From an uncultured Actinomycetota bacterium (GTDB lineage Bacteria > Actinomycetota > Actinomycetes > Propionibacteriales > Nocardioidaceae), in the NCBI GenBank assembly GCA_963835385.1, contig CAWIFK010000002.1, forward strand, positions 255,572 to 319,571: a stretch of DNA of 64,000 bases, given 5' to 3'. Made by a program: the position numbers and the translations under genes. The notes under the pieces were generated by a model. It made no database searches. It saw only the letters and a list, made by a program, of their open reading frames with translations, and was not told the origin of the DNA. Of this stretch, positions 18,687 to 29,600 are shown one piece after another (position 1 is the stretch's first letter; each line of letters opens with the position of its first letter).

Positions 18687-19865
18687 GTGTCCGCCGCCCT
18701 GCTCCTCGCCGCGAAGGACCTCCGGCAACGGCTGCGCGACCGGTCCGCGGTGATGCTCGCCGTGGTCGTGCCGCTGGCCCTCGCCGCGATCTTCAGCGTG
18801 CTCTTCGGGCCGTCGGCCACCCCGCGGGCGTTCGAGTACGCCGTCGTGGACGCCGACGGGTCGCAGCTGAGCCGCGCCTTCGTCGACGACGTACTCACCG
18901 GCTTGGAGCAGGCCGACGTCGCCGAGATCGTGCCTTTCGACGACGCCGCGGACGCCCGCGGGCAGGTGAGCGACGGCTCTGTCGACGCGGCGTTCCTGCT
19001 GCCCGCCGGCTTCGAAGCTGGCGTGCGCGGCGCGAAGCCGGTGGACATCGCGGTCGTCGCGAGCCCGGACTCCGCGACGGCCGCGTCGGTGGCGCGCTCG
19101 GTGGCCCGGTCCTACGTGGAGGGGCTCAACGCGGTCCGCGTCGTGATCGCGGCTCTGGGGACCGGCGGAGTCCGGCTGGCACCGGCTGACATCGCGGCAG
19201 TCGCCGAGCAGACCGTGCACGGCGCGAGCCCGGTGCTGCTCACCGACGTCTCGGCGACGGCACGGGTGCTCGACGCCAAGACCTACTTCGCGGCCGGGAT
19301 GGCGGTCTTCTTCCTGCTGTTCACCGTGCAGTTCGGCGTCTCCTCGCTCATCGACGAGCGGGCGGAGGGCACGCTGTCGCGGCTGCTCGCGGCGCCGGTG
19401 CCGCGCTGGTCGATCCTGGTCGGCAAGCTGGTCACCAGCATCGTGCTCGGCGTGGTGAGCCTGACGGTGCTCGTTCTCGCCACCTCGCTGCTGCTCGGCG
19501 CGCGCTGGGGCGACCCGTTCGCCGTGGCGGCACTGATCCTGTGCGGTGTCCTCGCCGCGACGGGCATCACCGCGGTGGTTGCCTCCGCAGCGCGGACCGC
19601 CGAGCAGGCGGGTGCCTGGCAGGCCGTGGTCGCGGTCAGCCTCGGCCTGCTCGGCGGCGCGTTCTTCCCGATCCAGCAGTCGGGCTCGGTGATGGCGACG
19701 CTCAGCCTCGTCACGCCGCACGCGTGGTTCATGCAGGGCCTGGCGAACCTCTCCAGCGGCGGCGGGCTGTCCGAGGTCTGGAGGGCCTGCCTGGCGCTGC
19801 TGGTGATGGCCGCGGCAACCGGTGCCGTCGCGCTGGTGCGCATCGACCGGGTGGTGGCGCCATGA
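18687..19865 (+). CDS. ABC-2 exporter permease with large extracellular domain (LnrM-like)
   Basis: N-terminal TM, extracellular loop, 'ERAEGTLSRLLAAPV', C-terminal TMs. Confidence 0.9.
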   Translation: MSAALLLAAKDLRQRLRDRSAVMLAVVVPLALAAIFSVLFGPSATPRAFEYAVVDADGSQLSRAFVDDVLTGLEQADVAEIVPFDDAADARGQVSDGSVDAAFLLPAGFEAGVRGAKPVDIAVVASPDSATAASVARSVARSYVEGLNAVRVVIAALGTGGVRLAPADIAAVAEQTVHGASPVLLTDVSATARVLDAKTYFAAGMAVFFLLFTVQFGVSSLIDERAEGTLSRLLAAPVPRWSILVGKLVTSIVLGVVSLTVLVLATSLLLGARWGDPFAVAALILCGVLAATGITAVVASAARTAEQAGAWQAVVAVSLGLLGGAFFPIQQSGSVMATLSLVTPHAWFMQGLANLSSGGGLSEVWRACLALLVMAAATGAVALVRIDRVVAP

Positions 19866-21025
19866 CCGCGCTCGCCATCGCCGGGGTCAACCTGCGCCGC
19901 ATGGCGCGTGACCGCACCAACCTGTTCTTCCTCCTCGTCTTCCCCCTGCTGATGATCCTGGTGCTCGGCACCGCGTTCGGCGGGGAGAACGACCCCCGGC
20001 TCGCCGTCGTCGCGCCCACCGGGTCCCCGCTGGCCGCGGCCCTGGTGGACGGCCTCCGGGAGGCGCAGGGGCTCGAGGTGCAGCGCTACGACGACCGTGC
20101 CACGGCCGTCGACGCGGTCGAGGAAGGGCGCGTCGAGGCGGCCGTGGTCGTCCCGGCGCGGTACGACGCGGCGGTGGTCGCCGGGCGGCCGGTCCGGGTG
20201 GCCTACCTCTCGCGCGCCGACCGGAGCGCCCAGCAGGTGGGGATGATCGTGCGTGCCGCCGTGGACGAGCAGGCGGCCCGGCTGCGGGCGGCGCGCACCG
20301 TGGCCGAGCGGGCCGGCGTCGACGTCCCGGCAGCGGTACGGCGTACCGACGCCGCCGCGCGCACCGTCACCACGGTGGGCGTCACGACGCGCACCGCCGG
20401 CGACGCGATCTTCCCCGAGAGCCTCGGCCGGTTCGACCTCGGGGCCAGCTCGCAGCTGCTGCTGTTCGTCTTCATCACGTCGATGACGGCTGCGGCCGCG
20501 CTGATCGAGACCCGGCGGCTGGGCGTCGCCCGGCGGATGTTCGCCACACCGACCCGGGTGTCGACGATCGTGGCGGGCGAGGCGCTCGGTCGCATCGCCA
20601 TCGCGGCGACGCAGGGCCTGATCATCATGCTGGGAGCCCGCCTGGTCTTCGGCGTCTCCTGGGGCAGCCCGCTGCCTGCGCTGCTGCTGATGCTGCTCTT
20701 CGCCGCAGTCGCCGGCGGCGCCGGTCTGCTGCTGGGCTCGCTGGCCCGGACCGGGCAGCAGGCGATCGCAGCCGGCCTGCTGGTGGGCCTCGCCCTCTCC
20801 GCGCTCGGCGGCTCGATGATGCCACTGGAGTTCTTCTCGCCCACGTTGCGCACCGTGGCGCACCTGACCCCGCACGCGTGGGCGGCCGACGGGTACGCCG
20901 AGCTGGTGCGCCACGGCGGCACGCTCGGCTCGGTCCTCCCTGAGCTCGGCGTCCTGCTGCTCTACGCCGCGGTGCTGTTCGTGGTCGGCTCCTGGCTGCT
21001 GCGGCGCAGGATCCTGCGCGGCTGA
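19862..21025 (+). CDS. ABC-2 exporter permease with large extracellular domain (LnrN-like)
   Basis: 'ETRRLGVARRMFATP', 'LTPHAWA'. ATGA overlap. Confidence 0.9.
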   Translation: MTALAIAGVNLRRMARDRTNLFFLLVFPLLMILVLGTAFGGENDPRLAVVAPTGSPLAAALVDGLREAQGLEVQRYDDRATAVDAVEEGRVEAAVVVPARYDAAVVAGRPVRVAYLSRADRSAQQVGMIVRAAVDEQAARLRAARTVAERAGVDVPAAVRRTDAAARTVTTVGVTTRTAGDAIFPESLGRFDLGASSQLLLFVFITSMTAAAALIETRRLGVARRMFATPTRVSTIVAGEALGRIAIAATQGLIIMLGARLVFGVSWGSPLPALLLMLLFAAVAGGAGLLLGSLARTGQQAIAAGLLVGLALSALGGSMMPLEFFSPTLRTVAHLTPHAWAADGYAELVRHGGTLGSVLPELGVLLLYAAVLFVVGSWLLRRRILRG

Positions 21026-21128
21026 GACGACCGAGGCGAAGGGCCCCGGGTGCCGACCTCGGCCGCTCGGGCTCGGCACGCCCCCTGACCCGTGTCGACG
21101 GGCCGGGGGAGCGGACCGCGACGGGCGG

Positions 21129-21704
21129 CTACTCCTGGACGCCGCGGCCGCTGGCCATGTCGCGGAGCCGGTCGAACAGCCCGGCGACCGGGCCGACGGC
21201 CAGGCGCTTGCCCGGGTCGTTCGGCACGCTCGGGTGCGGTCGGGTCGGCGCCATCGCCTTGACCGCGTCGACCTGCTTGCCGAGCTCGACCAGCTCCTCC
21301 TCGCTCATGATCTCGCGCATCCGCGGGAACATCTCGCCCTCCTCCTCGGCGACGTGCTCGCGGATCTCGGCCATCAGCGTGCGGATCTCCTGCTCGAAGC
21401 TCGCATCGTCGGGGTCGAGCCCCTCCAGCCGCTTCATGGTCTTCTCGGCCTCGGCGTGCTCCTGCTTGGCCCGCTCGGCCTCCTCCGCGCTGACCTTCTC
21501 CTTCACCTTGGGGTAGACGGCCACCTCCTCGGCGACCGCGTGGCGGACCAGCTCGATGGTGATCTGGTCCGCGAGGTCCCTGCGGAGCTCGTCGTCGGTG
21601 CCGCTCCGCGTCTGCATCAGGGTCTCCAGCTCCGTGAACATCGCCTCCACCTCGCGGTGGTCGGTGCTCAGGATCTCGATGACGTCGCGCTGCTGGTCTG
21701 ACAT
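21129..21704 (-). CDS. Hemerythrin HHE cation-binding domain protein
   Basis: 'DHREVE', '[11 protein letters not shown]', 'EHAEAE', '[11 protein letters not shown]', C-terminal 'APTRPHP'. AGGAGG RBS. Confidence 0.92.
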   Translation of the reverse strand: MSDQQRDVIEILSTDHREVEAMFTELETLMQTRSGTDDELRRDLADQITIELVRHAVAEEVAVYPKVKEKVSAEEAERAKQEHAEAEKTMKRLEGLDPDDASFEQEIRTLMAEIREHVAEEEGEMFPRMREIMSEEELVELGKQVDAVKAMAPTRPHPSVPNDPGKRLAVGPVAGLFDRLRDMASGRGVQE

Positions 21705-21802
21705 GGCGCCTCCTGTGGGCGTGGTCGTGTGCCGGTTCCCCTCGTCTGGGTGCGCCGTGTCCCCCCGGATCCCCCGTCCCCCGGCACGGCGCACCTGCGG
21801 GG

Positions 21803-21827
21803 GTACCCCTGCGGAGCCGGCGTACAC
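21803..21827 (-). promoter_or_regulatory. SigF/SigB-type promoter of the hemerythrin gene
   Basis: Minus strand reads GTGT-N15-GGGTAC. Confidence 0.65.
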
Positions 21828-21895
21828 GCGTGGCGCCTGGCCCGCTTCTCGGGACGGTGCGACGGTCGCGGGGTGTGTCGGGCGGCCGCCGGGAT

Positions 21896-21909
21896 GGGGC
21901 ATTGGTCCC
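21896..21909. promoter_or_regulatory. DosR/DevR-like box upstream of pflB
   Basis: GGGGC-ATTG-GTCCC versus core GGGAC-N4-GTCCC (1 mismatch). Confidence 0.45.
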
Positions 21910-22011
21910 TGTCTGGATCGTTCCAATCGCGCGAGGGTGGAGGTGGTCGGACAGGAGCCGGCCCGCCCGCCCCGGCAGGTGCAGCCAGCAACCGAGGGAT
22001 GCCAGCACATC

Positions 22012-24348
22012 GTGTCCACGACCCATGCCCCCGTCGTCCAGCCCGTCGCCCACCCCGAACCCGACACCCACGACCACCGAGCCGACCAGCCCGCCCGACC
22101 CGCCAGGCCCGCCGAGCCGTCGGGCGACCCGTGGCGCGGGTTCGCCGGCTGCACCTGGCGCGAGGCCGTGGACACCCGGGGCTTCATCCAGGACAACTAC
22201 CGCCCCTACGCGGGCGAGGCCGACTTCCTGAGCGGACCGACCGACCGGACCACGCGCCTGTGGCAGCAGCTGTGCGCGATGTTCCCGGCCGAGCGAGCCC
22301 GGGGCGTGCACGACATCGACACCCACACCCCGTCGTCGATCACCAGCCACGGCCCCGGCTACATCGACCGCGACCGCGAGATCATCGTCGGCCTGCAGAC
22401 CGACGCGCCGCTGAAGCGGGCGATGATGCCCAACGGCGGCTGGCGGATGGTGCAGGCGGCCCTCGACGCGTTCGGCTACCAGGCCGACCCGCAGGTCGAG
22501 AGGATCTTCACGACGTACCGCAAGACCCACAACGACGGGGTGTTCGACGCCTACACCCCGCAGATCCTGGCCACACGCCGCAGCGGCCTGGTCACCGGAC
22601 TCCCGGACGCCTACGGCCGCGGCCGGATCATCGGCGACTACCGGCGGGTGCCGTTGTACGGCGTCGACCGGCTCGTCGCGGCCAAGCGGGCCGACCTGCG
22701 CGGCCTGGACGAGCGGCCCTCCACCGAGGAGGTGATCCGCGACCGCGAGGAGATCAGCGAGCAGATCCGCGCGCTGCTGGACCTGCGCACGATGGCGGCG
22801 TCGTACGGCTTCGACATCTCCGGCCCGGCGGCGACCGGCCAGGAGGCCGTGCAGTGGCTCTACTTCGCCTACCTGGCCGCCACCAAGGACCAGAACGGCG
22901 CGGCGATGTCGCTGGGCCGCACCAGCACCTTCCTCGACGTCTACCTCGAGCGTGACCTCGCGGAGGGGACACTGACCGAGGAGCAGGCGCAGGAGCTCGT
23001 CGACGACTTCGTCATCAAGCTGCGGATCGTCCGGTTCCTGCGGACGCCGGACTACGACGCGCTCTTCTCCGGCGACCCGACGTGGGTGACCGAGAGCCTC
23101 GGCGGTGTCGGCGCGGACGGACGCCCCCTGGTCACCCGGACGTCGCTGCGCTACCTGCAGACGCTCTACAACCTGGGCCCGGCTCCCGAGCCGAACATGA
23201 CGGTGCTGTGGTCGCGCGACCTGCCGGAGGGCTTCAAGCGGTTCTGCGCGCAGGTCTCGCTGGACACCAGCGCGATCCAGTACGAGTCCGACGAGCTGAT
23301 GCGCCCGCTGTGGGGCGACGACACGGCGATCGCCTGCTGCGTCTCGCCGATGCCGGTCGGCAAGGCGATGCAGTTCTTCGGCGCCCGCGTGAACCTCGCC
23401 AAGACGCTGCTCTACGCGATCAACGGCGGTCGCGACGAGGTCTCCGGGGCCCAGGTCGGTCCGGCGCTGCCGCCGGTGACCGGCGAGGTGCTGGAGTACG
23501 ACGAGGTGCGGGCACGTCTCGACGCGATGATGGACTGGCTGGCCGCGACGTACGTCGACGCGCTGAACGTCATCCACTACATGCACGACAAGTACGCCTA
23601 CGAGCGGCTCGAGATGGCGCTGCACGACAGCCTGGTGCACCGCACGATGGCGTGCGGGATCGCGGGCCTGTCGGTTGCGGCCGACTCGCTGTCGGCGATC
23701 CGGCACGCGCAGGTGCGCCCCGTCCGCGACGAGACGGGTCTGGTGGTGGACTACGAGGCGACGGGGGAGTTCCCGACCTACGGCAACGACGACGACCGCG
23801 TCGACGCGATCGCCGTCGAGCTGGTCCGCTCGTTCATGCAGAAGCTCCGCACCCACCAGACCTACCGCGACGCCGAGCACACCCAGTCGGTGCTGACCAT
23901 CACCAGCAACGTGGTCTACGGCAAGGCGACCGGCAACACCCCCGACGGACGCCGCGCCGGCGAGCCGTTCGCGCCGGGCGCCAACCCGATGAACGGTCGA
24001 GACACCCACGGCATGGTGGCCGCGGCGCTGAGCGTGGCGAAGCTGCCGTTCGACGAGGCCAGGGACGGGATCTCGCTGACCACCACCGTGACGCCGGCCG
24101 GGCTCGGCCGCACGCGTGCAGAGCAGGTGGCCAACCTCGTGGGGGTGCTCGACGGCTTCGTCGGCTCGCGCGGCTTCCACATGAACGTCAACGTGCTGGA
24201 CCGGGCGACGCTGCTCGACGCGATGGAGCACCCGGAGCGCTACCCGCAGCTCACGATCCGGGTCTCCGGCTACGCCGTGAACTTCGTCCGGCTCACCCGC
24301 GAGCAGCAGCAGGACGTCGTGAACCGCACCTTCCACGGCGGACTCTGA
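22012..24348 (+). CDS. pflB: Formate C-acetyltransferase (pyruvate formate-lyase)
   Basis: Active-site 'IACCVSPM', glycyl radical '[15 protein letters not shown]', '[11 protein letters not shown]', '[17 protein letters not shown]'. Start approximate (GTG 22012). Confidence 0.97.
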   Translation: MSTTHAPVVQPVAHPEPDTHDHRADQPARPARPAEPSGDPWRGFAGCTWREAVDTRGFIQDNYRPYAGEADFLSGPTDRTTRLWQQLCAMFPAERARGVHDIDTHTPSSITSHGPGYIDRDREIIVGLQTDAPLKRAMMPNGGWRMVQAALDAFGYQADPQVERIFTTYRKTHNDGVFDAYTPQILATRRSGLVTGLPDAYGRGRIIGDYRRVPLYGVDRLVAAKRADLRGLDERPSTEEVIRDREEISEQIRALLDLRTMAASYGFDISGPAATGQEAVQWLYFAYLAATKDQNGAAMSLGRTSTFLDVYLERDLAEGTLTEEQAQELVDDFVIKLRIVRFLRTPDYDALFSGDPTWVTESLGGVGADGRPLVTRTSLRYLQTLYNLGPAPEPNMTVLWSRDLPEGFKRFCAQVSLDTSAIQYESDELMRPLWGDDTAIACCVSPMPVGKAMQFFGARVNLAKTLLYAINGGRDEVSGAQVGPALPPVTGEVLEYDEVRARLDAMMDWLAATYVDALNVIHYMHDKYAYERLEMALHDSLVHRTMACGIAGLSVAADSLSAIRHAQVRPVRDETGLVVDYEATGEFPTYGNDDDRVDAIAVELVRSFMQKLRTHQTYRDAEHTQSVLTITSNVVYGKATGNTPDGRRAGEPFAPGANPMNGRDTHGMVAAALSVAKLPFDEARDGISLTTTVTPAGLGRTRAEQVANLVGVLDGFVGSRGFHMNVNVLDRATLLDAMEHPERYPQLTIRVSGYAVNFVRLTREQQQDVVNRTFHGGL

Positions 24349-25130
24349 TGACCACCCCCGAGCCGGGCACCGCGACGACAGCCACCCTGGCCGGCGGGCG
24401 ACCGGTCGTCGGGTCCGTGCACTCCTGGGACCTCTCCACCGGGGTGGACGGGCCGGCCACCCGGTTCGTGCTGTTCACCGCCGGGTGCCCCCTGCAGTGC
24501 CTCTACTGCCACAACCCCGACACCTGGCGGATGCGCAACGGCACCCGCGAGCGGTCCGACGAGATCCTCGAACGGGTCGCGCGCTACGTGCCGTTCCTGA
24601 CCGCGGCCGGCGGCGGCCTCACCGTCTCCGGCGGCGAGCCGCTGCTGCAGGCAGCGTTCACCCGCGCGGTCCTCACCGGTGCCCGGGACCTGGGGCTGCA
24701 CACCGCGCTCGACACCTCCGGGCTGCTCGGTGTCCGAGCCGACCAGGCGCTGCTCGACGCCACGGACCTGGTGCTGCTGGACCTGAAGGCCTTCGAGCCG
24801 GCGCTCTACCGCCGGCTCACCGGGGGGCCGCTGCGCCCGACCCTGCGGTTCGCCGAGCGGCTCGCCGCGCTGGGCAAGCCGACCTGGGTGCGGTTCGTGC
24901 TGCTCCCCGGGTGGACCGACGAGCCGGACCAGCTGCGCGGTCTCGCTCGCTACGTGGCCGGGCTGGGCAACGTGGAGCGCGTCGACGTGCTCGGCTACCA
25001 CCGGCTCGGGCGGGAGAAGTACGCCGCTCTCGGGCTGCCCGACCGCCTCGCCGGGGTGCCCGGCGCGACCCCGGAGCAGGTGGAGGTGGCCCGCCGGGTG
25101 TTCGAGGACGCGGGACTCGTCGCCACCTGA
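24348..25130 (+). CDS. pflA: Pyruvate formate-lyase activating enzyme (radical SAM)
   Basis: 'GCPLQCLYCHNPDTW' CxxxCxxC, 'GGLTVSGGEPLLQ', 'LHTALDTSG'. TGATG overlap with pflB. Confidence 0.96.
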   Translation: MTTPEPGTATTATLAGGRPVVGSVHSWDLSTGVDGPATRFVLFTAGCPLQCLYCHNPDTWRMRNGTRERSDEILERVARYVPFLTAAGGGLTVSGGEPLLQAAFTRAVLTGARDLGLHTALDTSGLLGVRADQALLDATDLVLLDLKAFEPALYRRLTGGPLRPTLRFAERLAALGKPTWVRFVLLPGWTDEPDQLRGLARYVAGLGNVERVDVLGYHRLGREKYAALGLPDRLAGVPGATPEQVEVARRVFEDAGLVAT

Positions 25131-25149
25131 GCGCGTGTGCCCCGGGGGG

Positions 25150-25539
25150 CTACTCCAGCGAGCTGGCGTCGTCGGGTACGTCGACGGCGTGCGCGCGCAA
25201 CGCCTCGAGCGGCACCACCTCCAGCGCCCGCTCGTTCGTGGCCGCCAGCACGACCGGGGCGGGCACCCCGTCCTCGTACGCCTGCACCCACCGCAGGGCG
25301 ACCACGCACCAGCGGTCGCCGGGCCGCAGGCCGCGGAAGCCGTACGCAGGGAGGGGGGTGACCAGGTCGTTGCCGACCGACCGCTGGTGCTCGAGGAACT
25401 CGGCGGTCATCACCGCGCAGACGGCGTGCAGCCCGACGTCCTCCGGTCCGCAGCTGCACGAGCCGTCGCGGTAGAAGCCGGTGACCGGGTCGGTGCCGCA
25501 CGGCTGCAGGTCGCCGCCCAGGACGTTGCGCTCGCTCAC
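25150..25539 (-). CDS. DUF2237 family protein
   Basis: 'NVLGGDLQPC..DPVTGFYRDGSC....D.G.HAVCAVMT.EFL...GNDL.TP.....F.GL.PGDRWC....RW'. Leaderless -10 CATCCT. Confidence 0.9.
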   Translation of the reverse strand: MSERNVLGGDLQPCGTDPVTGFYRDGSCSCGPEDVGLHAVCAVMTAEFLEHQRSVGNDLVTPLPAYGFRGLRPGDRWCVVALRWVQAYEDGVPAPVVLAATNERALEVVPLEALRAHAVDVPDDASSLE

Positions 25540-25624
25540 CCGGCCAGGATGTCACCCGGGCCCGCTCAGGGTCACGCGGGCGTCAGTCCGTGCGGCGCAC
25601 CACCACCCAGAAGGCGGCCGCGCC

Positions 25625-26356
25625 TCAGCCGGAGCCGGACATCCTGCGCCGGGGCGGGGTCGTCGACTGCAGCGCGACGAGCCGCAGGAAGATCCAGACC
25701 ATCCCGACCTGCCACGCGATGGCGAGCACCACCAGCAGCGGCCACCAGTGTCCGGCGAGCCCGTCGATGGCCTCGCGGGGCAGCACCGCCAACGAGTACG
25801 ACATGCCCACGAACAGGATGCCGAGCCAGGCCGCAGCCGAGCGGTAGCCGCGGCTCCAGTCACGCGGTGAGGTGATGCCCAGCGCCTCGAGGTCGTCGGG
25901 CGGGTGGTCGCGCAGCATCTTGCGCACGGAGGGGTAGACCTGCACACCCGGGTACTTCAGCGCCAGCATCCGCCTGGCCCGTCTCGCGGCGGGGGGCGTC
26001 CAGCGGACGGCGGGCGGCAGCGTCACCGCCTCGATCCGTGCCGCGCCGGCGCGGAAGCCGCGGTCACCGAGGATGCACCGGCCCTGGATCGCCACGACGG
26101 CGCTCACCGGGCCGATCGCCACGGTCGCGCTACCGGGCAGGTACCACCCGTAGAGGCCACACCGGCAGTCGGCCGAGGGAGCCGCGTGCTCGCCGCCGGT
26201 CGCACATCGTGCGCGCTCCAGGTGGCCGTCCCACGGACCGTACTCGGCGTGGACCAGCGGGTAGAGCCCGTCCGAGCGCAGGTAGAACTGCCGGTATCCC
26301 CGCAGCTCGCCCGGGACCAGCGCCGGGCCGACGGGTGTCTCGGTGGGCTCGCTCAT
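25625..26356 (-). CDS. Hypothetical protein with C-x5-H-x6-CxC motif and two C-terminal TM helices
   Basis: 'ARCATGGEHAAPSADCRCGLYGW', 'VVAIQGRCILGDRGFRAGAARIEAV'; hydrophobic 'AWLGILFVGMSYSLAVL' and 'WWPLLVVLAIAWQVGMVWIFL'. Confidence 0.8.
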   Translation of the reverse strand: MSEPTETPVGPALVPGELRGYRQFYLRSDGLYPLVHAEYGPWDGHLERARCATGGEHAAPSADCRCGLYGWYLPGSATVAIGPVSAVVAIQGRCILGDRGFRAGAARIEAVTLPPAVRWTPPAARRARRMLALKYPGVQVYPSVRKMLRDHPPDDLEALGITSPRDWSRGYRSAAAWLGILFVGMSYSLAVLPREAIDGLAGHWWPLLVVLAIAWQVGMVWIFLRLVALQSTTPPRRRMSGSG

Positions 26357-26466
26357 GTGCGTTCGGGGACCGGCGCCGGCTCACGGTCCGGCTCGGGCTC
26401 CCTGAGGGGCTCCACCGGAAGTGGCTCGAACTCCACCTCGCGTCGCTCGATGCCGATGTTCCCCAT
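26353..26466 (-). CDS. Unannotated 37-aa Glu/Pro-rich small protein MGNIGIERREVEFEPLPVEPLREPEPDREPAPVPERT
   Basis: Manual translation. Strong RBS GGGAGGTG 4-11 nt before ATG. Its stop overlaps the next start (ATGA). Confidence 0.75.
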   Translation of the reverse strand: MGNIGIERREVEFEPLPVEPLREPEPDREPAPVPERT

Positions 26467-26654
26467 GCCGCACCTCCCGCTGAGCCGTTGCGACGTCCCC
26501 TGGAGCGACCGCGCCCCCAGGCGGACGCCAACCCTCCACCCATCGTGCGACTGCGGACGGCGGTTGTCGAGAGGTCCCCGAGCAGTAGTTGCGACGACTC
26601 ACGGCGGTGCCCGGCCGCGACGAGTCCCGGGAGCGCAACGGGTGCGGCCGGTTC

Positions 26655-26676
26655 TGTCCGTGCCTCGTGACATCCT
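26655..26676 (+). promoter_or_regulatory. RecA-NDp/PafBC-like promoter of recCBD (leaderless)
   Basis: TGTCCG-tgcctcgtga-CAtccT (TGTCnGTG-N8-hexamer). GTG start 7 nt downstream. Confidence 0.6.
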
Positions 26677-26683
26677 GCGTCGC

Positions 26684-29600
26684 GTGACGTTGCAGACCCA
26701 TCGGGCAGAGCGGACCGACCTCCTCGCGGACGGTCTGGCCGCACTGCTGGCGAGCCCGCTGGCGGACCCGTTCGCCGAGGAGGTCGTCGTGGTGCCGGCG
26801 CGCGGGGTGGAGCGCTGGCTGACGCAACGGCTCTCGCACCGGTTGGGCGCCGGGGTCCGTGGCGGCGACGGGGTCTGCGCGGGCGTGCGTTTCCTGAGCC
26901 CGCACTCGCTGGTGGCGATGCTGCTGGGCAAGGACGGCGACGACCCGTGGGACCCCGACCGTCTGGTGTGGCCGCTCCTCGACGTCATCGACGACTCGCT
27001 CGGCGAGCAGTGGTGCGCCACGCTCGCGGCCCACCTGGGGCACGGCGTCGCCGGCGAGGAGGGAGTGCTGCGGCGGAGTCGTCGCTACTCCGTCGCCCGG
27101 CGGCTGGCGGGGCTGTTCGCGGGGTACGCCGTCCAGCGGCCCGCCCTGGTGGCGGACTGGCGCCAGGGGCGCGACGCCGACGGCACCGGCACCGCTCTCG
27201 ACGAGGACCTGCTCTGGCAGCCGGAGCTGTGGCGCCGTCTGGTGCCGCGCGTCGACGGGACGCCGCCCGACGTGCGGCACGCGCAGACGCTCGAGCGGCT
27301 GCGCACGGGCGGGGACGCACTCGACCTGCCGCCCCGGCTGTCGTTGTTCGGGCACACCCGGCTGCCGGTCACCGAGGTGGAGCTGCTCGGGGCGCTCGGC
27401 GAGCTGCGGGACGTGCACCTGTGGCTGCCGCAGGCGTCCGGCGTCCTGTGGGACGAGCTGGCCGGCGTGTCGGCTGCCGGGCCGGTGCCGCGCGCAGAGG
27501 ACACCTCCGTCCGGTGCGTCGGCCACCCGTTGCTGGGGTCGCTGGGGCGGGACGCTCGCGAGCTGCAGCGCACGCTGGCGGTGGCGCCGGCGGGCTCGGA
27601 GCAGGCCGAGCCGCCGGACCCCCGGGGCCGGCCGGACCCCTCCGGCGGCGACGCCGCGGAGCCGCCGGGGCCGGGCTCGTCGCTGCTGGCGTGGCTGCAG
27701 GACGACCTGCGGGCCAACGCGGAGCCGGACGCCGGCACCCGCGCCGGTCGGGTGCACCGGCCCGCGGACCGGTCGGTGCAGGTGCACGCCTGCCACGGCA
27801 CGACCCGCCAGGTCGACGTACTCCGCGAGGTGCTGGTCGGGCTGCTCGAGGACGACCCGACGCTCGAACCGCGCGACATCCTGGTGATGTGCCCGGACAT
27901 CGAGGCGTACGCGCCGCTGATCCAGGCCGGGTTCGGGCTCGCCGACCTGCCCGGCGCGCACGAGGGCCACCCGGGACACCGGCTGCGCCTGCGGCTGGCC
28001 GACCGTGCCCTGTCCAGCACCAACCCGCTGCTGGCGGCCGCTGCCACCCTGGCCGAGCTCGCCGGAGGCCGCGTCACCGCGACGGAGGTGCTCGACCTCG
28101 CCTCCGCGGAGCCGGTCCGGCGACGGTTCGCCTTCACCGACGACGACCTGGCCCAGCTCGCCCTGTGGGTCGAGCAGTCCGCCATCCGGTGGGGGCTCGA
28201 CGCCCGGCACCGCGGGTCCTACGGGCTGGGCCTCGCGGACAACACCTGGGAGGCGGGGCTCTCGCGGATCCTGCTCGGTGTGGCGATGGCGGAGGACGAG
28301 CACCGCTACGTCGAGAGCGCCCTGCCCGTCGACGACGTGTCCAGCAACGACATCGACCTGGTGGGCCGGTTCACCGAGTACGTCGAGCGCCTGCGCGGGT
28401 TCGTCGAGGCGGCCACCCGGGCCGGCACCATCGGCCAGTGGGTCGCGGCACTGTCGAGCGGCGTGGAGCAGCTGACCGCCGTGGCGCCGCGCGAGGCCTG
28501 GCAGCAGGCGCAGTTCGACCGCGAGCTGGCGCGGATCCACGCATCCGCCACCGGCCAGCACGGCGACCGCACGCCCCTGCTGCTGGCCGACGTGCGGCAC
28601 CTGCTGGCGCACCGGCTCGGTGGCCGGCCGACGCGGGCCAACTTCCGCACCGGCACGCTCACCGTCTGCACGATGGTCCCGATGCGGTCCGTACCTCACC
28701 GGGTGGTCTGCCTGCTCGGCCTCGACGACGGGGTCTTCCCGCGCACCGGCTCCCTCGACGGCGACGACGCGCTCGCCCGCCGCCCGATGACCGGCGAGCG
28801 CGACGTCCGCAGCGAGGACCGGCAGCTGTTCCTCGACGCGATCCTGGCGGCCAAGGAGACGCTGGTGATCACCTACACCGGGGCCAACGAGCACACCGGG
28901 GCGCAGCGACCCCCGGCGGTGCCGCTCGGCGAGCTGCTCGACGGGCTGGACCGGACGGCGGCCGGACCGGTGCGCGACCAGGTGCTGGTCAAGCACCCGC
29001 TGCAGCCCTTCGACGTGCGCAACCTCGTCCCCGGCGACCTGGTGGCCGACCGGCCGTTCAGCTTCGACGCCGCCGCGCTCGCGGGGGCGGAGGCCGCCCG
29101 CCGGACCCGCAGGCCGGTGACCACGCTGGTGCCCGAGCCGTTGCCAGCGACGTCCGCCCAGGACGTGGCCCTGGCCGACCTGCAGGCGTTCCTGGCCCAC
29201 CCCGTCCGGGCGTTCCTGCGCTCGCGGCTCGACGTCACCGCGCCGCTGGAGGCCGAGGAGACCCGCGACGCCATCCCGATCACCCTCGACGGGCTGGCGA
29301 AGTGGTCGATCGGCGACCGGCTCCTGGAGGAGATCCTGGCCGGCGTGCGGCCCGACGCGGGCATGCGTGCCGAGCGGCTGCGCGGGGGCCTGCCGCCCGG
29401 CGCGATCGGCGCCCGCACGCTCACCGAGGTCGACGCCGAGCTGCGGCCCCTGGTCCGGCACGCCCTGTCGCTGCGTCAGGGGGAGCCCCGCACCCTCGAC
29501 GTGGACGTCGACCTCGGCCGCGGCCGCCGGCTGACCGGCACGGTCACCTCGGTGTTCGGCAACCGGCTGGTCACCGTGACCTACTCCCGGCTGGCCGCCA

